Both the position numbers and the translations under genes were made by a program. Below, in pieces: positions 45,449-56,854 of a stretch of DNA of 64,000 nt. The notes under the pieces are model-generated. The model was not told where the DNA came from. It searched no databases and saw only the letters and a program-made list of their open reading frames with translations. The first letter of the stretch is position 1; the number at the start of each line of letters is the position of its first letter. The stretch is from Candidatus Eremiobacteria bacterium (GTDB taxonomy: Bacteria; Vulcanimicrobiota; Vulcanimicrobiia; Vulcanimicrobiales; Vulcanimicrobiaceae). The stretch lies in the NCBI GenBank assembly GCA_963758295.1, contig CAVWUU010000003.1, positions 224,001 to 288,000 on the forward strand. The letters are read 5' to 3'.

Positions 45449-46134
45449 AAGTTCTTCGAGAGAAACTCGATGGCACGGCGCCAAGCAAGTTTTGCATACT
45501 CTTCGTGATAGTGGCCCAAGCCAGACTGACCCGGCTGATTTGGATTGTGGAACGCGTGCTTTGCATTGTAATGATGGAATTCGTGCGGCGTGCCGGCTTC
45601 TTTCAAGCGCGCTTCGATGCGTTCCGCTCCCGAGATCGGAAAGTGCTCGTCGTCGGTTGCCCAATGGCCTTGGAACGGAATCTTGATGCGGCCCACATCG
45701 CCCGCTTCCGGCGGCGGGTAGCCGTAAAATGACACCGCTGCGTCGAGCTCCGGAACGTACATGGCGCTAAGCACTGCAAGCGCCCCGCCCATGCAAAAGC
45801 CGATGGCGCCGACCTTCGCACTGCCCGTTGACTTCAAGTACTGCGTGGCTCCTCGAGCGTCCTGATTCGCGGCGTCGCCGAAGTCCAAACCCTCCATAAG
45901 GTGATTGGCTTCGTCGCCCCGCGCGGCCGTGCGCCCGCGAAATAAGTCCGGGACGATAACGCGGAAGCCCGATGCCGCAAGATCGTCCGCCATGCGGCGG
46001 ATGTAATTGGTAATGCCCCACCACTCTTCGAGCATCACAACGCCCGGAGCGTTGGAGCCGCCTGAGGCGGGCTCGGCGTAGTAACCGGGTGCGGTTTTGC
46101 CGTCGGGACGGCTGAACTCGATGGTCTTGCCCAT
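45442..46134 (-). CDS. Dienelactone hydrolase family protein
   Basis: EEWWG, PDLFRG, GFCMGG, FYG, HAFHN. Confidence 0.9.
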   Translation of the reverse strand: MGKTIEFSRPDGKTAPGYYAEPASGGSNAPGVVMLEEWWGITNYIRRMADDLAASGFRVIVPDLFRGRTAARGDEANHLMEGLDFGDAANQDARGATQYLKSTGSAKVGAIGFCMGGALAVLSAMYVPELDAAVSFYGYPPPEAGDVGRIKIPFQGHWATDDEHFPISGAERIEARLKEAGTPHEFHHYNAKHAFHNPNQPGQSGLGHYHEEYAKLAWRRAIEFLSKNLK

Positions 46135-46478
46135 CAAGGGCCTTCCTCGGAATCTTGCCGGTCCAGGTTTTCGATCTTCTCTTTGACGAGCCAGTCATTC
46201 GCGGCTTGAATTCGATCGGACGACGTGCGCTCCGTAAGCCAGGAATGGATCGATTCGTCCGTGGCGTGCGTCTGAATCGCCATGTCGAATTGATCCGGTG
46301 TGATCCCCCAGCGCTCCATGACGCCTTGATCCATAGGACACGGGTAAATGTAGTCGTGAATCGTGCCGGCCGCGTTCGCGCGCGCCTTGTCGTAAACGCG
46401 CGCAAGCCAAAGAGCCTCGCCGATTGGCTGGCGGCCGCGTCGCGGGAATGTCTTTCCATCTCGAAAATCGGTAGCCAT
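46134..46478 (-). CDS. DUF5069-like protein
   Basis: PR......WLARVYDKARA..AGTIHDYIYPCPMD. Confidence 0.7.
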   Translation of the reverse strand: MATDFRDGKTFPRRGRQPIGEALWLARVYDKARANAAGTIHDYIYPCPMDQGVMERWGITPDQFDMAIQTHATDESIHSWLTERTSSDRIQAANDWLVKEKIENLDRQDSEEGP

Positions 46479-46531
46479 AGCAATTCCTATATGTACTGCA
46501 AAGCCGGCAGAGTTCCAGCAAGGCAAGAAAC

Positions 46532-47224
46532 GTGACTGAAGCCTCGAAAGCGAGCGCCGTGAAAAACGAGCCACGATGGCACGGCGGCATCGCCGTTTTA
46601 GCCGCGTTGATCCTCTATATGCGTCTGCCGCCGAAGCTGTCGTTCGGCCCCTGGTGGGCGGCGCCGGTGCTCGTGCTGGTCCTCTTGATTCCGCTGCAAG
46701 TCTTCGGGCCGTTGCGCATGGGCTCCGAACGCCTGCTTCGTGCCGGAACGATTACGCTGGTTGCCGTGCTGATGTTCTTCAATGTGACGTCGGTCGTGAA
46801 CCTCATCAACGATTTGGTAAACCAGCACGCCAAGCATTACGGCCCCACGGCGCACGACCTGCTCGGCTCCGGCGCGGTGATTTGGATGTCGAACGTCATC
46901 GTGTTCGCGTTATGGTTTTATGAATTGGACGGCAAGGGCCCGGCGGTGCGCGCCCGTTGTGAGAGTGCGCGCGATTTTGTGCGAGCCGATTTTCTTTTCC
47001 CGCAAATGACGGTGGATCAGCGGCGCCTTCCGTGTGTGAACCCCGAGTGGAAACCGAAGCTCATCGACTACGTGTACTTGTCGTTTACGAACGCTCTCGC
47101 GTTCAGCCCAACGGACACGATGCCCCTCTCGCGCTGGGCGAAAACGTTGATGCTCGTCGAGTCGCTGATTTCGTTCGTTACGGTCGGCCTGATTTTGGCC
47201 CGTTCAGTGAATATCCTGAGTTAG
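46532..47224 (+). CDS. DUF1345-like membrane protein
   Basis: FLFPQ, DYVYLSFTNALAFSPTDTMPLS.WAK.LM. Confidence 0.8.
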   Translation: MTEASKASAVKNEPRWHGGIAVLAALILYMRLPPKLSFGPWWAAPVLVLVLLIPLQVFGPLRMGSERLLRAGTITLVAVLMFFNVTSVVNLINDLVNQHAKHYGPTAHDLLGSGAVIWMSNVIVFALWFYELDGKGPAVRARCESARDFVRADFLFPQMTVDQRRLPCVNPEWKPKLIDYVYLSFTNALAFSPTDTMPLSRWAKTLMLVESLISFVTVGLILARSVNILS

Positions 47225-48005
47225 GCGGATCGGCCGCAATTGCGGCGGCTACATGCGAGAATTCTCGGGGTTGAATTTGAATGTCGCCCCGAAACGGCAA
47301 ATCGAACTCCGCAATCAACACTAGAATCGCGGCGATGACCGCGCTCAACGCGCACGTCATGATGAGATGCGCCCGGAAATTCTGGACCCGGAAAAAATAG
47401 GAACTCGAAATGGTGATCGCACTGATGAAGAAGAGCATCCACCACATGATGTGCGGAATGATCTGTGCGTTGGCGAATAGGCGCGAGCGCCGCGCATCGT
47501 TGAACGCATGTGTCACGGAAATCATGTCGGCTTGCATGGCCTGTTGCGTTTCGTTCTGCGGCTTGAACGACGCTACGATGACGAGCGCGTCATAAGCATC
47601 GCGCCGCGCGAGCTCGCTCTCCCGGCCGAAACGCATCAGCGGCCATTCGTCATTCACCGTAACGTTCACGTACCGCCGGATTTCGTTTTGCAGCTGCCCT
47701 TTGAACGGTTGTGGAAGCGTCGCGCCGTCGTGATAGAGATCGCACAATGCGTTCACTTCGTTCTGTACCGTCGCGGCGGCTTGATCGTACTCTTGCCACA
47801 CCGTCACAACCATGAACGAAAGAACTACCGCCAAGATCGTTCCGAGCGTTGCAACTATCGCACCGGCGACGTCGTTATGAGTTATCTCGTCACGGCGCGG
47901 GAAGATGCGCCGGGTATAGAAAAGCCCGGCGGACGCAAGCGTCGTCGCGGTGAGAATGGCTCCGACGGCAAAAAGCCAAACCGGAATCGCATAGACCCAG
48001 GTCAT
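47178..48005 (-). CDS. DUF4239 (bestrophin-like) membrane protein
   Basis: HNDV.G...G...AV.LSF.VV.VW..Y, EW..M, D.PF.G. Confidence 0.8.
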   Translation of the reverse strand: MTWVYAIPVWLFAVGAILTATTLASAGLFYTRRIFPRRDEITHNDVAGAIVATLGTILAVVLSFMVVTVWQEYDQAAATVQNEVNALCDLYHDGATLPQPFKGQLQNEIRRYVNVTVNDEWPLMRFGRESELARRDAYDALVIVASFKPQNETQQAMQADMISVTHAFNDARRSRLFANAQIIPHIMWWMLFFISAITISSSYFFRVQNFRAHLIMTCALSAVIAAILVLIAEFDLPFRGDIQIQPREFSHVAAAIAADPPNSGYSLNGPKSGRP

Positions 48006-48107
48006 GCGGTCCCAGCTTCTGTTAGGAAGGAATGCCTCCTTGGATGGGCCTCATTGTTTGTAGGAGCTGATGCGTGGGAAACGAATCGAACGCGCTGCTG
48101 TGGTCTC

Positions 48108-48181
48108 GCGGGTATGATGTAATGGTAGCCTGCGACCTTCCCAAGGTTGACGCGTGGGTTCGATTCCCACTACCCGCTCCA
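48108..48181 (+). tRNA. tRNA-Gly(CCC)
   Basis: GCGGGTA..CGACC-TTCCCAA-GGTTG..GGTTCGATTCC..TACCCGC-T-CCA. Confidence 0.93.
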
Positions 48182-48202
48182 TACGGGGTGCAGCACAGTT
48201 GT

Positions 48203-48274
48203 GGCGACGTAGCCAAGTGGTAAGGCAGGGCTCTGCAAAAGCCCCATTCGGCAGTTCGAATCTGCCCGTCGCCT
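48203..48274 (+). tRNA. tRNA-Cys(GCA), CCA not encoded
   Basis: GGCGACG-TAGCCAAGTGGTAAGGC..GGGCT-CTGCAAA-AGCCC..GTTCGAATC..CGTCGCC-T. Confidence 0.93.
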
Positions 48275-48287
48275 CGGAATTTTCGTC

Positions 48288-49235
48288 ATGCGCGTAGCGG
48301 TCATTGGCGCCGGCGCAATTGGCGGATTTATCGCCGCGGCGTTGGCCCGTGCCGGCGTTGACGTCGGCGTCGTGGCTCGCGGTGCGCATCTGGAAGCAAT
48401 AGGCCGGCGCGGCATCGAGGTCGTCTCAAGCGATCTCGGCGCGTTCACGGCGCCCGTGCGCGCTACCGAAGACCTTCGGCATCTCGGCCCGGTCGACGTA
48501 GCGTTGCTCACGTTCAAAGCACATCAGTGGCCGATGCTGCTGCCGCAACTGCAGTCGCTCGCAAAAGCACACACGCCGATCGTCACGCTGCAGAACGGTG
48601 TCCCGTTTTGGTTCTTTCGCACACCGCCGTTGCACACGGTCGATCCCAAAGGCAAAATCGGAACGGCATTCCCCGATTCCGCCGTGATCGGCGGCGTCGT
48701 GCATGTGTCCGGCCACATCGTCGAGCCGGGCAAGATCCACCAAAGCGGCGGCATGCGCTATTTGCTCGGTGAAGCCGACGGCTCGTCGTCGGATCGTGTC
48801 GCACAGTTGACGTCGGTCCTTCGCACCGCCGGTCTGAATGCCGAGGCCGATCCGAACATCCGCGAACGCGTGTGGCTGAAACTCACGAACAATGCTGGAT
48901 TGAATCCGGTGAGCGCGCTCACCGGCCTCACGATTCGTCCGTTGCTCGAAAACAACGCGACCCGGACGGCCGTGCGGACGTTGATGCTGGAATCACTAGC
49001 GGTGGGCCGAGCGCTGCACGTGGTGAACGGCGTAAACGTCGAAGAGCGGATCAAGCTCGCGGAGCGCCTGAGCGACGTAAAAACCTCGATGCTGCAAGAT
49101 CTCGAAGCGCATCGGCCGCTCGAGCTGGATCCGATTCTTGGAGCTATCGTCGAACTCGGCGATCGTCTTCACGTTCCGGTGCCGAACTTGCGGCACGCCT
49201 ACGAAACATTGTGCGCCCGCTCGGGCATTGAATGA
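48288..49235 (+). CDS. panE: 2-dehydropantoate 2-reductase family (PanE/ApbA)
   Basis: GAGAIGG, LQNG, W.KL..N..LN, TSMLQD, ELD. Confidence 0.85.
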   Translation: MRVAVIGAGAIGGFIAAALARAGVDVGVVARGAHLEAIGRRGIEVVSSDLGAFTAPVRATEDLRHLGPVDVALLTFKAHQWPMLLPQLQSLAKAHTPIVTLQNGVPFWFFRTPPLHTVDPKGKIGTAFPDSAVIGGVVHVSGHIVEPGKIHQSGGMRYLLGEADGSSSDRVAQLTSVLRTAGLNAEADPNIRERVWLKLTNNAGLNPVSALTGLTIRPLLENNATRTAVRTLMLESLAVGRALHVVNGVNVEERIKLAERLSDVKTSMLQDLEAHRPLELDPILGAIVELGDRLHVPVPNLRHAYETLCARSGIE

Positions 49236-51278
49236 AGATCGAGGAGCTCGCCGGGGTCGGCGCAAAATCCGCTCCGCTCTTTCGCGATCTCGGTATCGCA
49301 ACCGCGGAAGATTTGCTCGACTACCTTCCGTTCCGCTACGAAGATTATCGGTTTCCAACGCCGTCAACGGTGCTGGGCGCTACAGGCGGTGAAGAGAATG
49401 CAGTCGGACACGTCGTTGCCGTAAAAGAGCGCCGCGCTCGCGACTTGGAAATCGTCGAATTGCGCATGCGCGACGACAGCGGCGATTTCACGGCGAAGTG
49501 GATCGGCCGAAAGCGGTATGTCGTCGGCCGGTTCACCGTAGGGATGCGGCTCTTCGTACGCGGGCGCGTCGAGCGGACTTTGGGCGGCGTGGTGGTCAAC
49601 GTGAGTCACTACGCACAGCTCGGCGAAGACGAAGAGTACCAGGGCGAAATGGTGCCCGTGTATCGGGCGAGCAAGGATCTGACGACGCGGAAGATCGGCG
49701 CCGTCGTCGAGAAGAATCTTGCTAAACTGCTCGGTCTTGCGGGTGAAGACCCTCTGCCGCCATCGATCGCGAGTTCACATGGGTTCCCGGGATTGCGCGA
49801 TGCTTATCGCGTCGATCCACGCGCCAAGCACCCCTGAAGAAGCGCAGGCCGCGCGCAAGCGATTCATTTTTTCGGAGTTCTTGGTCCTCGCCACGGCCGC
49901 GCAGTTGCGGCGCGCGGAACGGAGAGCGAGCACGATGCCGACGCCTTACGTGTGCCGCCCGGCTTGCTGGAAGAGTTTCGAAGCGCCTTGCCGTTCCCGC
50001 TCACCGGCGCGCAACAGCGCGTCGTCGCGAGAAATTTGGCAAGACATGACGCGCGACGTGCCGATGAACCGCCTACTGCAAGGCGACGTCGGAAGCGGAA
50101 AGACGCTTGTTGCCGCGGCTGCCGTGCTGCTCGCCGCGCGCAACGGCGTGCAGTCGGCGCTCATGGCGCCCACCGAGATTCTCGCTTCGCAACACGCCGC
50201 TAAACTCGCGCCGTTGCTTTTGCCGTTCGGGATCGCCGTGGAAGCGGTGTTCGGCAGCCAAGGCGCAGCGTTCGCGTAATGCCGCCGTCGACCGGCTTGC
50301 GAGCGGCGAAGCCGCGCTTGCGGTCGGCACGCACGCACTCATCACGGAAAGCGTGGAGTTCAAGCGGCTTGGGCTTGCGCTCATCGACGAGCAGCATCGG
50401 TTCGGCGTCGAACAACGCGCGCGTTTGCGCGCCAAAGGGATAGCGCCGCACACCCTGCACATGACGGCCACGCCGATTCCGCGCACGCTCGCGCAATCGG
50501 TCTATGCGGATCTCGACTTCTCGGTTATCGATGAATTGCCGCCGGGACGCACGCCGATCGAAACGTTTGCCATTCGCACCAGCCGCTTGGGCGAGGTGTA
50601 CGAGTTCGTGCGAGCCAACGTCGAACGCGGCCATCAGGCGTACGTCGTTGCGCCCGCGATCGACGAAGAGAGCGAACTGACGAGCGTCGTTGCCGAGGCC
50701 GAACGGTTGAAGAACGACGTTTTGCCGGACTTGCGCATCGGCTTGCTGCACGGCCGTATGACGCCGCGCGAAAAAGACGAGGTCATGGAACGGTTCTCGC
50801 GGGGCGAAATGGACGTGCTGCTCGCAACGACGGTCGTGGAAGTGGGCGTCGACGTCCCGAACGCGAGCGTGATGGTGATCCTCGACGCTCAGCGTTACGG
50901 ACTCGCGCAACTGCATCAGCTTCGTGGGCGCGTCGGCCGCGGCGCCGCGAAATCGTTTTGTCTGCTGGTGTACCCGGAGGAACGGCCGAAAGCGAACGGC
51001 TGGCGATCCTTACCGAATCGACGCGACGGCTTCGCGATTGCCGAAGAAGACCTGCGCATCCGCGGGCCGGGCGAATTCGCGGGCACGGTGCAGTCGGGCG
51101 GCGGCCGAGCTGCGCCTCGGCGACTTGATCGCCGACATCGACGTGTATCGCGAAGCCAAGGCGGAAGCGGAACGCATCGTCGCTGCCGATCCGGAGCTTG
51201 CGTGTCGCCGAGCACGCCGGCCTGCGGGCCGTGCTCGCGCGCGAGCCCTCGACGCGCTCGCTGGTTCTATCTTCCTAA
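49232..51278 (+). CDS. recG: ATP-dependent DNA helicase RecG, with multiple frameshifts in this sequence
   Basis: DLL.YLPFRYED, PVY, LPFPLTGAQ, MNRLLQGDVGSGKT, MAPTEILA.QH, DEQHRFGV.QR, MTATPIPRTL, QLHQLRGRVGRG and RGPGE distributed over several frames. Confidence 0.9.
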
Positions 51279-51347
51279 AGGGCCTGTCGGCCTGCACCAA
51301 AATCTCTCCTGGAAATTCCCGGCATTAGACGAAGGAGCTCGACTCGG

Positions 51348-54029
51348 GTGAAGATCGTTGCGTTTTCTACTCGCCCTGCTTGCCATTGGCCTTGGCGTCG
51401 GCAGTCACCGCGGCTGCCGGCGCGTGCGGCAGCAGACGTTACGCGTGCGACGTTGCCAAACGGCCTGCAAGTCGTCGTCGTGCGACGATCCGCTCGCGCC
51501 GGTTGTCACGACGATGCTGAATTATAAGCGTCGGCTCGAACGAGCAGACGCTACGACGGTCAAGCGCACGCCCTCGAACACATGATGTTCCGCGGAAGTC
51601 GAAGACGCTTACCGAATCGCAGCTCTCTGATATCAGCGAGCTGCTCGGCGGCAACTACGACGCCGATACGCAGTCCGAAGTCACGCAATACTATTTCACG
51701 GCGCCCTCGCAGTATCTCGATCTGCTGCTGCGCATGGAGGCGTCGCGCATGCGCGGGGCGCTCCTGAGCCAAAAAGAGTGGAACATCGAGAACGCGGCGC
51801 GATCACCCAAGAAGTGACGCAGGATAATTCGAGCCCGATCTGCCGCTTGTTCATGGACGATGCACCACGGCGCTGTACGCCGGATCGCCGTACGCGAAAA
51901 ATGGTCTCGGCACGCAGCAGGGCTTCGCGCACGTCATCAACGCGCAGAAACTTCGCGCGTTCTACAATACTTGGTATCATCCGAACAACGCCGTGCTCGT
52001 TATCGCGGGCGACGTCGACGGGCCCTCGACGATCGCGGGAGTGCGCAAGTACTTCTCGGCGTTTCCGGCCGCGAAGCTTCCGGCGCGTCCGGCAGTGCAT
52101 CTGCAGAGCGCTGAAGTCGAAGACGATCACGCGTCGACAGCGATCAGCCGGTCACGATTGTCGGCCTGGCATTCCGCTTTCCCGGCTGGACGGCGAAAGA
52201 CTACGAAGCCACGCAAGTGCTGCAATCGGTCCTGGATAACCAGCGCGCCGATCTATACGGGCTGGTCGCGTCGGGCAAACTGCTATACGCGGGCCTGCAA
52301 CAGCTTGACTCGCATCCCGAAGCTTCCGGCACGGTGCTTTTCGGCGTCATTCCGGCATCCGCGAAACCGGATACCGCGATCGCGCCGATGCGCGCGGTCA
52401 TCGAAGCTTACAAGAAGAACGGCGTGCCGGCCGACCTCGTGGAGGTCGCGAAAGCGCCGCGCCGTGGCGGACAACGAGTATAAGGCCAATTCGATCGAGC
52501 AGCTCGCGAACGAGTGGAGCGAAGCGGTCGCCGTCGAAGGCCGTACCGTCTCCCGATTCCGAGCTCGCCGAAATCAAAGCCGTCACGGTCGACGACGTGA
52601 ATCGCGTGCTGCGCAAGTACGTTGATTTCAATCGCATGATCGTCGCGCAAGCGGTTCCGAAGAATCTCGGCAAGGTCAGCTCGAACCCCCCGCCGCCGGC
52701 CGCCCAAGAAAACGCCAAGGTCGACGATCCTGCATCACGATCCGCTGCCTTCATGGGCGATTGCGGCGTTCAAGAATCTGCAGGTTCCCAAGCAAAGCGC
52801 CAACCCGACGGACATGACGCTTTCGAACGGCATGCGTTTGATCGTCGTGCCGGAACACGTTTCGCACACCGTCGTCGTTTCGGGCATGATCAACTCCAAC
52901 GAGCAGATCCAAGCGCCGAAGGAAATGCAGGGCGTTTCCGACATCACCACACAGCTGCTGCCTTTCGGAACGACGACGTACGATCGCATCGCGCTTCGCA
53001 AGCAGCTCGATGACATCGCGGCTGAAGTCGAAGGCGGCACGCAGTTCTCGCTGACTACCCTAAGCGATCAGTTCGACCGCGGCGTGGCGTTGCTCGCCGA
53101 TGAAGAATTGCATCCGGCATTTCCGTCGGCCGCCTTTGCGACGCTCCAGCAGCAAGAAGTGCAGTCGCTTCAAGGCGAGGTCACTTCGCCCGACTACCTC
53201 TTTCAGGTAGCGCTGAACAAGGCGCTTTATCCGGCCGGCGACCCCACACAGATTTTCGCCACGCCACAGACCGCAGGCGCCGTGACGATGGACGCGGTGA
53301 AGAAGTGGTACGCCGACGTCTATCGCCCGGACATGACCTCGGTGGTCGTGGTCGGCGACGTAACGCCGGAACAAGCAAAGGCGACGTTCGAAAAATACTT
53401 CGCGGGCTGGAAAGCCGGCGGAGTCAAACCCGACGTCTTCTTGCCGGCGGTGCCGCCGAATAAAGCGGCCGACGTCGTGGTTCCCGACGCCGCACGCATT
53501 CAGTCGCAAGTGCAGCTCGCGCAAACCAACGGCCTGACGCGCGGCGACGCCGATTGGGCGGCAATGGCCGTTGCCAATGCCGCTTTCGGTGCTTCGGCAA
53601 CGTCGATTCTGTTCCACGACGTGCGCGACGTGCACGGTCTCGTGTACGGGATCTACAGCGAACTCGACGGACGCAAAAATCGCGGCAGCTTCCAGATTCA
53701 GTTCGCGTCGGATCCGGACAAGATCAATGCGGCGCAATCGCTCACGTTCAACGATCTCAATGCCTTGATGCGCAACGGCATCGGCGCCGACGATCTTGCC
53801 CGTGGCAAAACGATGCTCGTATCCGAGGTGCCGATTCACGCGCAAAGCTTCAACGGCATCGCCAACCAGTTGCTCAACTACGCGCAGTTGAATCTGCCGT
53901 TGGATCAGGCGACGATCGATGCGCAGCGTGAAGTCGGCTACGACGAACACCGACATCCTCGCCGTGTTGAAGAAGTGGGTTCGCCCGAACGACTTCGTTC
54001 GCGTGATCCTCGGTCCGGGGCCGAAGTAA
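51348..54029 (+). CDS. M16 (pitrilysin-family) zinc peptidase, with multiple frameshifts
   Basis: HALEHMMFRGS (HxxEH); FY.TWYHPNNAVLVIAGDV; second half TLSNGMRL, YRPD...VVVGDV, VRD.HGLVY. Confidence 0.8.
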
Positions 54030-54035
54030 GGACGG

Positions 54036-54738
54036 ATGGCGCAGCGTTCATTCGCCGTCGGATTCGATATCGATCACACGCTCTGCATAGACAACAAGCT
54101 GGAGCGCGTCGCGTTCCTGCATCTGCTGGAACGCATCGTTGAAGACGGCGGTGCGCCGCACGGGAGTCTTGCCGACGAGATCGCGGAGATCGACGCCTTG
54201 CTCGTCACGCAACGCGGCGGTGCAATGTCGATCGAAGATGCCGTGCGGCACTTTGTCTCCGAACGCGGTGTGACGCCGAACGAAGACTACGTCGACGGCT
54301 TCAAGCGCATGGCGTTACAAATGGTCGCCGTCGTTCATCGTGCCCGCCCCGGACGCAAAAGCGACGCTCGACGAGTTGAAGGCTCGCGGCGTGCCGATGG
54401 CCGTGCTGAGTAACGGCTGGAATCCGCTGCAGGTCGTAAAGGCGAGGCGCGCCGGCTTCACGGGCGAGGTCCTTGCAAGCGGCGACCTCGGCGTTCAGAA
54501 GCCCGAGCCGGAAGCGTTTCGCGCTCTCATCGCGGCACTCGGCGTCGCGCCCGAGCGTTGTTACTACGTCGGCGACGATCCCGCCGCAGATATCGGCGGC
54601 GCGGTGTCCGCCGGGCTGCAGGCGGTGTGGATAGATAATGAAGGCAAAAGCTATCCGCGCGATCTGCCGCCGGCGCCGCGCTCCATTGCCTCGCTCAGCG
54701 AATTACTCTCTCTTCTCCCCGCTGTGGTAGCCTCATGA
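54036..54738 (+). CDS. HAD-family hydrolase, with one frameshift near 54335
   Basis: GFDIDHTL (motif I) in one frame; LSNG, KP, YVGDD..DI.GA in the next. Confidence 0.8.
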
Positions 54739-55273
54739 GTCCAAAGATCACCGGCGGTTCGTTGAACAGCCGAAAGTTGAAATCGCCGAAGGGCATGAAC
54801 GTGCGTCCGACGCCGGGTCGCGTGAAGGAGTCGCTTTTTTCCATCTTGATGCCGCGCATGGACGGCGCACGTGTGCTCGATCTTTTCGCCGGCACCGGCG
54901 CGATCGGGTTCGAAGCAGCCTCGCGCGGCGCTTCGCGCGTCGTGTCGGTAGAAGCGCACCGGGAAACGGCGCATGCAATTGAAGAAGCGGCGCAGACAAC
55001 TCGGCTTGTCGGACCGCTTGACGGTCATCGCTGCGCCTGCGGAAAGAGCGCTGTACCGCGTCGAAGGCCCGTTCGACATCGTGTACATGGACCCGCCGTA
55101 TGCCGAACGATGTGCCGCTGCAAGTCTTCCGCCTGCTGCTCGAGCGAGCGCTGTTGGCGCCGGATGCGCTCGTGATTTATGAACACGCCGCCAAGCGAAT
55201 TCTTCCCGACATACCGGGGTATCGCTCCACGCGCGAAGAAGTATACGGCGATGTCGCGTTGGCATTTTTCTAA
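54735..55273 (+). CDS. rsmD: 16S rRNA m2G966 methyltransferase, frameshifted
   Basis: ITGG, RPTPGRVKESLF, LDLFAGTGAIG.EA.SRGA; FDIVYMDPPY in another frame; YGD near the end; upstream of coaD. Confidence 0.87.
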
Positions 55274-55288
55274 CGCGGCCGGAGGCTC

Positions 55289-55796
55289 GTGAATAACGGA
55301 ATCCGACCGCGCAGCACGCGGGCACATCTATCCCGGATCGTTCGATCCACCGACGAACGGTCACCTCGACGTCATCGAACGCGCCGCCGGCGTTTTCAAC
55401 GAACTCATCGTCGCCGTCGTCGTTAATCCGCAGAAGCGAAATTCCATGTTCTCGCTCGAGGATCGGACCGCAATGTTAGAACAATGCGTCGCCCATCTTC
55501 CGAACGTGCGCGTAGCGCATTTCCGCGGACTTCTCGCCGATTACGTGAAGACGCAAGAGGCGGATGTCATCGTAAAGGGGCTGCGGGTTGTCTCGGATTT
55601 TGAAAGCGAGATGTCCACAGCATTGATGAACCGCTCGCTGGCCAACGTCGATACGCTCTTTCTGATGTCGGATGCAAAGTATTCGTTCGTCAGCTCGAGC
55701 TTGGTTAAAGAAGTGTTCTTTCTTGGCGGCGACGTTGCGCGCGTACGTTCCCGACCCGGTTTTGCGCCTTATGTCGAAAAAGCGCGCCGGTCTTAG
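55289..55796 (+). CDS. coaD: Phosphopantetheine adenylyltransferase, frameshifted near both ends
   Basis: IYPGSFDPPTNGHLDVIERA, VKGLR..SDFESE, SFVSSSLVKEV. Confidence 0.9.
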
Positions 55797-55817
55797 CTCA
55801 TCGTAACGGAGGTTCCC

Positions 55818-56393
55818 ATGTCGGTTTATCGCGTGTTGGACAAACTCGAAGCCTACGTTCATGAAGGAACGTGGCTTCCCGCTGGTTACCGGGTGCTTTC
55901 AGAAGAGAAGCTGATCGAGTACGTAGAGAAGGTTCGCGCCTCGCTTCCGGAGGAAGTCGGCCGCGCGAAGATCATCGCGAAGGATCAGGAGCGCGTCATG
56001 CGCGCGGCTCAAGAAAAGGCGCAGGCAATCGTCGAACAGGCGGCGAGCGTACACGAAGAACTCGTCGATCAAAACGAGATCGTGATGCGCGCGCGGACGA
56101 CCGCTGAAGCGGTGCTGCGAGATGCCGAAGAGCGCGCCAGAAAAGTGCGCGAGGGCGCAGACTACTACGCCGCGCAGGTGCTCCAGGAAATGGAGGCGCG
56201 CCTGGCATCGGCGCTCGGGTCCGTACAAAAGGGCAAACAGGCGCTTTCTCAGCAGAAGCCCGCTCCAACGCCGGCTGCCGTTTCACAGCCGCTGGCGGAT
56301 GCGGCTGCAAAGAGTAAACGCGCCGCCTTCGATTTAGAAGCCGCGGAAGAGACGACCGCGATGGTCTCCGTCGAGGCCGTTCGCGTCTTGTAA
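55818..56393 (+). CDS. Coiled-coil protein of the type usually found after coaD (DivIVA/ATP synthase b-like)
   Basis: SLPEE..RAK.I...ER....AQ.KA..I..A; GADYYA; GGAGG RBS. Confidence 0.8.
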   Translation: MSVYRVLDKLEAYVHEGTWLPAGYRVLSEEKLIEYVEKVRASLPEEVGRAKIIAKDQERVMRAAQEKAQAIVEQAASVHEELVDQNEIVMRARTTAEAVLRDAEERARKVREGADYYAAQVLQEMEARLASALGSVQKGKQALSQQKPAPTPAAVSQPLADAAAKSKRAAFDLEAAEETTAMVSVEAVRVL

Positions 56394-56394
56394 A

Positions 56395-56811
56395 ATGCGA
56401 CGGATATTAGCGGCGCTCGCGCTTTCGATCGCGTGCGCCATACCGGCGGCGGCCGACGAAACGTCGGGCGTCGCCGGCACTGTCGTCGACTTGGACCATA
56501 ACCGTCCGCTGGTCAACGCGGAGATCGGCATCTATCCCTTGCCGCTTCGCGCCGATACTATGCCGATTGCAACCGCGGTTACGAACAAAGACGGGTTCTT
56601 CAGCAACATCACGCTGGTTCCGGGCCGCTACCTCATCACCGCAAACGTGATGGGCATGCACTCGAGTTGCGAATTTGAAGAGCTTTACCACGGCGTCGTC
56701 ACGCACGTGCGAATCGAACTCTCGTTCAAGGGTGAACGCTGCATCGGCAAAAACATCCGCAGCTCACTCGTCGTCCCCGGGCAACCCGCCGACGTCTACA
56801 TCGTCCACTGA
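56395..56811 (+). CDS. Secreted carboxypeptidase-regulatory-like domain protein
   Basis: Signal peptide; GTVVD....PL.NA; TN.DG.F...L.PG.Y. Confidence 0.7.
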   Translation: MRRILAALALSIACAIPAAADETSGVAGTVVDLDHNRPLVNAEIGIYPLPLRADTMPIATAVTNKDGFFSNITLVPGRYLITANVMGMHSSCEFEELYHGVVTHVRIELSFKGERCIGKNIRSSLVVPGQPADVYIVH

Positions 56812-56854
56812 TTTTTCGTCAGGCTGCGCTCGTCGAGGGCCCCACCGTCACAAC

